DNA of 64,000 bases from an uncultured Geobacteraceae bacterium (lineage in GTDB: Bacteria; Desulfobacterota; Desulfuromonadia; Geobacterales; Pseudopelobacteraceae), in NCBI GenBank assembly GCA_903930585.1, contig CAIYZD010000133.1, forward strand, positions 70-64,069, in the 5' to 3' direction. The notes under the pieces are model-generated. The model ran no database searches, had not been told where the DNA came from, and worked only from the letters and a program-made list of their open reading frames with translations. The position numbers and the translations under genes are program-made. This document shows, piece after piece, positions 56,823 through 64,000 of the stretch (positions are counted from its first letter, which is position 1; the number at the start of each line of letters is the position of its first letter).

Positions 56823-58175
56823 TTACCGAACCCCTCCGGAGGCAATCGATTCAGGCGTCCAGTCACTTGCAGGGCGCTTCTGGGTATAGCGGAAGCCACC
56901 TCTGTTCTCAGCCGGCCAGGCGTTAAGGAAGTATTGCTCGCTGATCAGGTCATAGCCGCCCTGAATATCGTTCATCGGGGCAGGAACTTCGTAGGCCGGT
57001 GTTATATAGGCAAAGCTCACCCGGAACAGTTGACCGCGGGCGTCATAGGCATCACTGGCCACAGCAACCCAGCTGTCCTCATCCAGATAAAATACCCGTT
57101 TGCTGTAGAGGTGCCGTTTGCCCGGCTTTAAGGTGGCTTCAACCACCCAGACGCGATGCTTTTCCCAGCGCACAACATCAGGGTTCAGGAAGTGCGGTTT
57201 AAGCAAATCCTCATTTTTGGTAAAAAAAGCCATTTTGTAGTCGTTATACGGAATCATTAACTCCTTCTTGCCGATGATCTTGAAGTTGAAGCGCTCCATG
57301 GAGCCGCTGAACAGATAGAGATCGTCCCACGTGGCGGCGCCGCCAACCGTAGCGTTGGGGGTGTCGAACGAGAGGTCCGGCGCGAGTTTCACCCGTCTCT
57401 GACCGGGCAGGTACTGCCAGGCACGACGGGCATTTTTTCCGAAGTCGATCGGATCGACAATCAGAAGCGCCTCTCCAGCACGACGGGGTGGACCTTCATA
57501 GGTGATTCTAAGTCCATAGTAATCTTTGGTGTCAGGCTTTGCCGGGTCGTAATAGGCGTACTCCAGACTGACATTCCCTTCCGCCTGCATGGTCGCGCGA
57601 CCGGACCGGTCTACGGTAAAGGCCCTGTAATTTACTTCATTGGCCAGACCGTTGAAGCGCAATTGGTGGTTCCACATTGCTTCATTGCCTGTTTGCGGTA
57701 TGGGGAATGGGTACCCCGCATGGGCGCCGGTGAGCGACAGTCCTTCATTGGTTGTCTTTGCCGTAGTCGCATGCTTTACCGTGTTATCCAGCACGTACTT
57801 GGGAAAAGCCGCCGTACGATGGGTCTTGTAGACATCGATACGATAGGTCGGGTACTTTTTCATCAGGGCTTTGGCGCCTTCGGTAAGTTCCCCTGCATAC
57901 TTATCCATATTTTTTGCGTTTATCGAATAAAGCGGCTTCTCACCTTCAAACGGGTCCGGTCGTATCCCGGAACCCTTCTTGTAGCTAGCCGGCGGCGTGG
58001 TCAGTCCGCCACTGTATTCGGGAATCGAGCCATCCTTGTTGCCGGCCTTTTCAGCGCCGACCAGTGTCAGGTTTTTACCGAGTTGCGAAGCCTTATCGGC
58101 AGAGACGGCCCCGAGGGCTACTCCCGCATATGTCAGCGTTAAGCCGACGGTAATGAGACAGTTGCGTATAGTCAT
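56823..58175 (-). CDS. DUF1329 protein (LolA-like, periplasmic or outer-membrane associated)
   Basis: 450 aa with a signal peptide. The N-terminal LTLVGAEKAGNKDGSIPEYSGG is typical of DUF1329. Confidence 0.75.
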   Translation of the reverse strand: MTIRNCLITVGLTLTYAGVALGAVSADKASQLGKNLTLVGAEKAGNKDGSIPEYSGGLTTPPASYKKGSGIRPDPFEGEKPLYSINAKNMDKYAGELTEGAKALMKKYPTYRIDVYKTHRTAAFPKYVLDNTVKHATTAKTTNEGLSLTGAHAGYPFPIPQTGNEAMWNHQLRFNGLANEVNYRAFTVDRSGRATMQAEGNVSLEYAYYDPAKPDTKDYYGLRITYEGPPRRAGEALLIVDPIDFGKNARRAWQYLPGQRRVKLAPDLSFDTPNATVGGAATWDDLYLFSGSMERFNFKIIGKKELMIPYNDYKMAFFTKNEDLLKPHFLNPDVVRWEKHRVWVVEATLKPGKRHLYSKRVFYLDEDSWVAVASDAYDARGQLFRVSFAYITPAYEVPAPMNDIQGGYDLISEQYFLNAWPAENRGGFRYTQKRPASDWTPESIASGGVR

Positions 58176-58191
58176 GATTAACCTCCGTTTC

Positions 58192-59901
58192 TTAGAATGT
58201 GGTTTTCAGTGTCAAGGAAAGCATGTCGCGGTCCTTGAGCAGTGCGAAGATGTCTCCGGCTCCGGTGTGTTGTCCCGGAGCTGCCCCGCCCGGTCCGGGG
58301 ATTCCACCGGTCGAATCCGTGCCGTAGGTGCCGAAGAAGCTCGCATAGGTGAGATCGACCTTGTACTTGGCAAAAATATCAAAGGAGAGACCGGCACTGT
58401 ACGAACCATTGGCGTCGGCGCCGCCACCGGAAACCGCAGATGTGCCGTAAATACCGGATGCGATGCTGAGAGGCATGGTCAGGTCAACCCCAGGGAAGAC
58501 CTGAAACCATTGCGGGGCAAAATTCAGGGCAGCAGTGACGTTGTCACGTGTTACACGGTCCACACCGGAATAGCCATTGCGACCGAGAAAGTAGTCTTGA
58601 CCCTGGGTTACACGGTCCCAACGGCTGTAGGTGAACTCAGCCAACCAGGAACCGGCATCGAACACCGGTGTCTTGGGCAGCAATCCAAGGAAATTTATCA
58701 GTGCATGTATGGTGTTGCCGCGAGCACCGGCGGTATCGCCCGAACCGGGGACTGCGGGGGCACCGGGAACGCCGACCACTATGCCCGACAGGCTCGCCAG
58801 CGTCATGTTCTTGCGATAGGAAACTTCAGCCCCGACACTGACTCCCAGGATATTTTTCGCCAGACTGATGCCGTACAGATCGATGTTGTCGGCATAGGCA
58901 AAACGGTAAGTCGGACCGGCGTGACTGGCATCAACCAGCAGATGTGGCATCTTGTCGGAGAAATTGCGATAGTAGAACCCGACCGTTCCATCCAGCCATT
59001 CCGGATTCCAGCGGGCCGAAACACCCCAGTCACGGGCCTGCTTCGGTGTTATGTCACCACCATTCCTGATTGGACCACCGGGAGTCCACAAGGATTCACC
59101 GCTGTTCAGGTACGGGTCGGCAAACCCCAGATAGCTACCTCCCTCAGGAAAGGTATTCGATTCCCATTGCAGAAAATATTGACCGGCAATGGTGAGAGAC
59201 TTAATGGGTTGAACCTGAACCGATACCTGGTTCAGCGGACGGAATATCTCTTTCAGCTCGACACCGGGCATCGCCAGAGCCTTGCCGAGGTCGAGCGGGG
59301 ACTGGCCGGCGGATATGCCGTTCGCACCGCCATAGGGAAGAAAGCTCTCGCCCCAGTACACCGTATGTCGGCCAACACGCATATTGACCGGGACTTCGCC
59401 GACCTGGACTTTGCCAAAGGCGAACGCATCCAGCAGTTCACCGTTCACGCCGCCGAAACGGTCCTTGGTGTAGCCGTTCAATCCAACAGTCGGCACACCA
59501 TTTACAAGGTGGTTTGAAGTGTTGTTTGCTGTAGTGGCCTTGTTGTCCAGGGTATCCCGGTATCTCTGGTCGTACCATGAGGCGGCGCTCAACCGGACCC
59601 CATAGTTCTTCTGGTAAACGACATCAAATTCGGAGAGGACGTCCAGGCGGTTCGAGACAATACCCACATTGAAATTGCGATCGCCGTCATCATTCTGCGG
59701 ACTTTTGAGAATATCCGGGTTCTGGCCGCGAAGACGTTGCGCCAATGTATAGCGCAGGGTGTTGTCCAGATTAATCTTCACATCATCGTTACCGGTCGGA
59801 ATTACAAATGCACCGGCATCAGCGTATAATGCCAAAACCGACGCCAGCGTTACGGCCGTACTGCATACACCACACTTTCGTACCAGCTCATACATCCTCA
59901 T
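58192..59901 (-). CDS. DUF1302 protein (putative outer-membrane beta-barrel)
   Basis: 569 aa with a signal peptide and an aromatic C-terminal residue (..LKTTF). The alternating beta-strand pattern and LDNTLRYTLAQRL are typical of DUF1302. Confidence 0.75.
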   Translation of the reverse strand: MRMYELVRKCGVCSTAVTLASVLALYADAGAFVIPTGNDDVKINLDNTLRYTLAQRLRGQNPDILKSPQNDDGDRNFNVGIVSNRLDVLSEFDVVYQKNYGVRLSAASWYDQRYRDTLDNKATTANNTSNHLVNGVPTVGLNGYTKDRFGGVNGELLDAFAFGKVQVGEVPVNMRVGRHTVYWGESFLPYGGANGISAGQSPLDLGKALAMPGVELKEIFRPLNQVSVQVQPIKSLTIAGQYFLQWESNTFPEGGSYLGFADPYLNSGESLWTPGGPIRNGGDITPKQARDWGVSARWNPEWLDGTVGFYYRNFSDKMPHLLVDASHAGPTYRFAYADNIDLYGISLAKNILGVSVGAEVSYRKNMTLASLSGIVVGVPGAPAVPGSGDTAGARGNTIHALINFLGLLPKTPVFDAGSWLAEFTYSRWDRVTQGQDYFLGRNGYSGVDRVTRDNVTAALNFAPQWFQVFPGVDLTMPLSIASGIYGTSAVSGGGADANGSYSAGLSFDIFAKYKVDLTYASFFGTYGTDSTGGIPGPGGAAPGQHTGAGDIFALLKDRDMLSLTLKTTF

Positions 59902-60213
59902 CTAACACCTCCTTGCAAGTTGTTTACTGCTCATACGTGGAATAACAAACACATCCTCATCCAGTAACGGTTTTTTGCCCTGGTTTATCTCTCCCTTCAT
60001 TTTATTTACCTTTTCCCCATCTGCTCATCCATGGCAAAGGTTACGCTGTTTTAAAATTGACAACGGAACAACGTTTTATTCTCTTAAAATCACTTATACG
60101 GAATGTAATGATGTTTTAAATCGTCCAACAGGACAGTTTATAAAAACAAATCAAAATTTATCCGGACGAATGCCCGTCTGAATAGACAGGTATCCGGCAG
60201 CCCACATGAAATA

Positions 60214-63066
60214 ATGAGTACTTCATGGATAAACCGGAGACGAAACAGGTCCCCGGATCAACGAAAAACACGTTTACAATCGCATAGAACTGCGTTTAAA
60301 ATGTGCCGCATGGATACAATCGATAAATTGCCCGTAAAAAAATCTCCACTCAGGCGTCTCCTGCAATCGAAGTTGACCCCACCTATCGGCAGTCGCAGAC
60401 TGGTGTCACGCACGCGTATCGTCAGTTGGCTGCAGTCCTCCGAGCATGCCCGGCTGATCATGTTGCGCGCTCCGGCCGGATTCGGCAAAACCACCTTGAT
60501 GGTGCAATTGCTGATGCAACTGCGGAATCAGGGGATTCAAACCGCATGGCTGACACTTGACGAAGGGGATAACGATCTCGGACAATTTCTTACGTATCTG
60601 ATTGCCGCCATTGAAAAGGGCATACCAGGGTTCGAGCGGGATGCCCAGGAGACGGGTCATATCGGCCTCGGGCTCAATCCGACCGGAGTGCTGTTATACC
60701 TGATAGACCGCATATCAACCTTCGAAGCCCCTTTCACCATCTTTTTAGACGACTTCGGAGCACTGCACTCTCCGGAGGCGCTTGAGCTCGTCCGGCAACT
60801 CTTGCAGCACCTTCCCCACGGAAAAAGAATTATCATCTCCCTCAGACATGTGCCGGACCTCAGTCTCGGCAGACTTCGGGCACAAGGCGAGCTTGTGGAT
60901 ATAGACCTGGAAGGACTGCGCTTCTCTCGTGAGGAAACAGCGGAATTTATTAGTCAGACACAGGGAATGGAACTGGATGAAAGCGGCGTAGAATACCTCT
61001 ACCAAACAACCGAAGGGTGGGTCGCAGGCCTGCAGCTTTTCACCCTCTCCTCGCTCTGGCGGGATAACAAGATAAATAGAAGCCAGACTTTTTCATCGGC
61101 CTTTTACAATATCTCCGAATATCTGGCTGAAGACGTACTCACCCGTCAGCCTGAAAACGTTCAGTCATTTCTTCTTCGCACCAGCATACTGAACCGCCTC
61201 TCCGGCTCTCTTTGCAATGCCCTTACCGGACAATCAGACGGGGATATGATGCTCACCTATCTGGAGAAACATAACCTCTTCCTTATCCCGCTGGATGAGG
61301 ACCGGAGCTGGTATCGTTTCCACAGTCTCTTTGCCAAGTTTTTGCAGAAGCAGCTTGACCGCCAGGGAAACGACGTTCACATAGAACTGCACCGCGCCGC
61401 CTATGACTGGTATGCCGCATCCGGCGAGGCTATTGAAGCCGCTAACCATGCCATGCTGGCCGGCGCGACGGAACTTGCCGCACAGCAGTTGGAAAACTCT
61501 TCTTTATCGCTTTCAAAAAACGGCATGACCACCACGGTCGCCGAATGGGCGGAGCGTTTGCCGCAAGAGGTACTTGACCAGCATCCGGAACTGCTTCTCA
61601 GTTACATATATGCACTGATATTCGCTGAGCGCTACGAAAAGGCCCATGAAATGCTCGACCGGCTTACAAACAATGTGCATCGGCTAAAAAACGAAACCTA
61701 CACCCAGGATCTGCGCATAGCACGGGGATTTATCCTGATGAGCCAGGAAAGGATGAAGGAGTTCGAGTGCGTTATTTTGGAAGGCTTGACGGCATATGAC
61801 CCGGCAGCAAACGATTCCCATACCAGGTTTTTGCCTGTACTCCTGAACATGGCCGGGATGCTGAAACTGACCGTCGGGAGGTTGGAAGAGGCACTTAATA
61901 TTATCTGGGAGGGTGCGCGGCTGATCAATCCGTATAGAGATGAAGTACTGGTTTACAATAAATATTTTGAAGGGCGCATCTATCTGGCGCAGGGGAAGCT
62001 TCAAGAGGCACTCTTGCTTACCCGCTCCATTCTTGAAGAGAAGGCCTACGGCCCAAGCCACTATGCGGCTGGCGGAACAGCCGTGGCGGTTCTGGAAGCC
62101 GAAGTACTCTACGAGAAAAACGACCTGGAAAATTCCGAGAAGCTGCTTACCGCGTACATCAGCATACTGCCGACCGTAATCGCGGTGGAGGCTATGATTG
62201 TCGGCTTCAGACTCCTGGTCCGTATTCGGCGCGCCAAGGGAGATGCAAACGGGGCCCGGCATTTCCTGAACGATTTGGAACGGATCGGCATCCAGCGTGG
62301 AATTCCGCGAGCCTGCGCATCCGCACGCCAGGAACGTATTCGAATTGCATTGCAAGACGGCGAAACCGGATATGCTCTCAAAATTTCCGGTGACTATACG
62401 GACCAACCCATTTGGGACAGGTTCAATGGCTACAAAATGGCGGGCAACGACCCTGAAACACCGGAAATTACCCGGATTCGGTTGATGATTGGGCAAAACC
62501 GGCACAAAGAAGTATTGGAGCCTTTGAAAAGTGAGCTAAAAAAAGCGGAGTCTTCGGGGTATTTTCGGCAGACACTCCTCTTACGTATCCTTTTGGCAAA
62601 AGCCTGTGAGGGTTACGGGGAGCGGAGTTTAGCTATCAAGTATGTGAAGGAGGCCATACTATTGGCGCAAGATGAGGAATTCATCCGTTGTTTCCTGGAT
62701 GAAGGTGAGCCAGTGCCGAAACTGGTTTACGAACTTTACCGAATTACCATTGAGGACGGTCACGCAGGTGACGGAAGTATCTCAATAGAATATGTCGAAA
62801 AGCTCATGCGCGCCATGGGTCTTGTCATCCCCTCTCCAGACAGGACTTCTGAAGATGACTCATCCCTCCTTGACCCATTGACAAACCGTGAGAAGGAAAT
62901 TTTGGAAAAACTGGCCCTGGGTTTTTCAAACTATGAACTGGCCGACAAGATGTGCATCTCCGTTAACACTATCCGTTACCACTTGCGAAACATATTCTCA
63001 AAACTTGGCACAAAAAGTCGCGCACAGGCAATTGTCATGGCCCGCCGTCTGGGACTCATTAAATAG
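60214..63066 (+). CDS. MalT-like STAND ATPase with a LuxR-type HTH (large ATP-dependent LuxR regulator)
   Basis: It has a Walker A motif (LRAPAGFGKTTL), a long helical/TPR-like middle and a C-terminal LuxR HTH (LTNREKEILEKLALGFSNYELADKMCISVNTIRYHLRNIFSKLG). The true start may be the ATG at 60301 or 60310. Confidence 0.85.
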   Translation: MSTSWINRRRNRSPDQRKTRLQSHRTAFKMCRMDTIDKLPVKKSPLRRLLQSKLTPPIGSRRLVSRTRIVSWLQSSEHARLIMLRAPAGFGKTTLMVQLLMQLRNQGIQTAWLTLDEGDNDLGQFLTYLIAAIEKGIPGFERDAQETGHIGLGLNPTGVLLYLIDRISTFEAPFTIFLDDFGALHSPEALELVRQLLQHLPHGKRIIISLRHVPDLSLGRLRAQGELVDIDLEGLRFSREETAEFISQTQGMELDESGVEYLYQTTEGWVAGLQLFTLSSLWRDNKINRSQTFSSAFYNISEYLAEDVLTRQPENVQSFLLRTSILNRLSGSLCNALTGQSDGDMMLTYLEKHNLFLIPLDEDRSWYRFHSLFAKFLQKQLDRQGNDVHIELHRAAYDWYAASGEAIEAANHAMLAGATELAAQQLENSSLSLSKNGMTTTVAEWAERLPQEVLDQHPELLLSYIYALIFAERYEKAHEMLDRLTNNVHRLKNETYTQDLRIARGFILMSQERMKEFECVILEGLTAYDPAANDSHTRFLPVLLNMAGMLKLTVGRLEEALNIIWEGARLINPYRDEVLVYNKYFEGRIYLAQGKLQEALLLTRSILEEKAYGPSHYAAGGTAVAVLEAEVLYEKNDLENSEKLLTAYISILPTVIAVEAMIVGFRLLVRIRRAKGDANGARHFLNDLERIGIQRGIPRACASARQERIRIALQDGETGYALKISGDYTDQPIWDRFNGYKMAGNDPETPEITRIRLMIGQNRHKEVLEPLKSELKKAESSGYFRQTLLLRILLAKACEGYGERSLAIKYVKEAILLAQDEEFIRCFLDEGEPVPKLVYELYRITIEDGHAGDGSISIEYVEKLMRAMGLVIPSPDRTSEDDSSLLDPLTNREKEILEKLALGFSNYELADKMCISVNTIRYHLRNIFSKLGTKSRAQAIVMARRLGLIK

Positions 63067-63394
63067 GCCCAGTGACCACGAACGAGTCAAAAGTGCCATT
63101 TAACATCAAATATATCTACAAATTAAAGAGTTACAAATAAATATCCAAACATAATCCATATTTATCAGCGGAAGCCGATATCAAGCTACAATACATTAAG
63201 TCTGGTAGCGACAAGTTGGCATTCGAGCACCGTTAAAAATCCACTTGTCATTACTAATGGCAAATGGTTAATTGTAAAGGTATGTTGGAAAATCCAGCCC
63301 CCGTATATGGATCGCACCCTTGGAAAGCATGTTGTTCTCCAGCCCATTGAAATGGATCACTCGCCAAAGAGTTAAAGAAAGGCAGGGTTCAAAT

Positions 63395-64000
63395 ATGCAA
63401 GGCTACAAAAATATATTAAGAAATAAAATATCTGTCATTGTATTAGCTGCATGTTCTCTCATTTTCCTGAGTATAATTTCCCCTGAAACATCGTTAGCTT
63501 CCGTAACCGTTTCAGTTATGCCAACATCTGAAACCGTGCTTCCCAACAGCTCCTGGTCCGTCTACTCAAATGTTGACGGTTCAGGAGACACATCCGTCAC
63601 CTGGCAAGCAACATGTGGTACATTTGTCAATTCTTCAGGATTTACAACATGGACTGCTCCGACGACCACAGGCACATGTATAGTTACCGCTACCAGCAAT
63701 GCTGACCAAACTCAATCAGCCTCTTCAACTTTTACTATAGTTAACGCCACCATAAGGCTCTCCAATATCCCGATGCAAGCGACCATATATAAGGACCAGT
63801 CTCTTGATATTCAGTCAATACTGTGGGGCAACACAAACAATGCCGTAACTTGGAGTTTTTCTGGTGGTACGCTGAATGCGTCAGCCCGCGAAGCCGTCTT
63901 CAATGCAACCGTTCCCGGCACCTATACTGTCACTTCTACCAGTGTTGCCGATAATACCAAAACCGCAACTTCAACCATTGTTGTGACAGACGATGAGTGG
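63395..64000 (+). CDS. 5' part of a secreted protein with tandem Ig-like (Big_2-like) repeats, truncated by the window edge
   Basis: This ORF is absent from the ORF track because there is no stop before the window end. The ATG at 63395 gives a signal-like N-terminus (ISVIVLAACSLIFLSIISPETSLA) and two Thr/Ser-rich repeats of about 85 aa (..VTWQATCGTF..TCIVTATS.., ..VTWSFSGGTL..TYTVTSTS..). Confidence 0.6.
   Translation, partial: MQGYKNILRNKISVIVLAACSLIFLSIISPETSLASVTVSVMPTSETVLPNSSWSVYSNVDGSGDTSVTWQATCGTFVNSSGFTTWTAPTTTGTCIVTATSNADQTQSASSTFTIVNATIRLSNIPMQATIYKDQSLDIQSILWGNTNNAVTWSFSGGTLNASAREAVFNATVPGTYTVTSTSVADNTKTATSTIVVTDDEW

Noticed and set aside
57997-59517. 506-aa plus-strand ORF antisense to the DUF1329 and DUF1302 genes
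   Set aside because: The reasoning is the same: it is antisense across a gene junction, is low in complexity, and both minus-strand genes have clear family features.
60214-63066. Large STAND NTPase as a possible anti-phage (Avs-like) defence protein
   Set aside because: The C-terminus is a canonical LuxR-type HTH and the layout is MalT-like. The gene is divergent from a catabolic or transport operon. A transcriptional activator is therefore the simpler reading.
63067-63394. Long intergenic region (and 30342-30458) scanned for c-di-GMP/GEMM-type riboswitch motifs, which are common in Geobacter-like genomes
   Set aside because: Only a weak resemblance was found (ATGGCAAATGG). The paired GGCAAACC / ACGCAAAGCC-type tetraloop-receptor signature is absent. 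A covariance-model search would be needed to be sure.
1-64000. Window-wide look for CRISPR arrays, IS elements or transposases, integrases, prophage genes, tRNA and rRNA genes
   Set aside because: No spaced direct-repeat arrays, transposase-, integrase- or phage-like ORFs, or cloverleaf or rRNA-like sequences were recognised by eye. Small elements could have been missed without tRNAscan or Infernal.

Overview
The window is a gene-dense, mostly high-GC bacterial chromosome segment. Gene content suggests a Desulfuromonadales/Geobacter-like deltaproteobacterium: futalosine mqnD, a FapA/DUF342 protein, an MXAN_5187-like protein, CxxCH sensor modules and tungsten/molybdopterin enzymes. All family calls come from reading the translated ORFs by eye; no database search was run.

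Positions 1-30 kb are mainly housekeeping genes (dtd, mqnD, mfd, glmU, uvrA, nfo, moeA, mtnP). Interspersed are a Phd/ParE toxin-antitoxin pair, a CheA / heme-type MCP / FapA chemosensory trio, a REC-PAS-GGDEF-EAL regulator and a three-gene Cys-type formate-dehydrogenase-like module with AsrA/AsrB-like electron-transfer subunits.

Positions 30.4-38.8 kb look lower in GC and carry a type IV minor-pilin/PilY1 operon (pilV-pilW-pilX-orf-pilY1-fimT). Next comes an AT-rich roughly 0.8 kb spacer.

Positions 38.8-63 kb look like one accessory catabolic island:
- an aldehyde:ferredoxin oxidoreductase with a C-terminal MoaD/ThiS-like Gly-Gly domain;
- a secreted Cache-only protein;
- a duplicated beta-oxidation gene set;
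- a DUF1302-DUF1329-Ycf48-like-RND envelope module;
- a divergent MalT/LuxR STAND regulator.

Sequence-level oddities are two perfect 19-nt palindromes in an in-frame insertion in uvrA, a G10 tract in pilY1, a C9 tract in cheA, and a structured leader upstream of the AOR gene. No rRNA, tRNA, CRISPR array, transposase or integrase was recognised.
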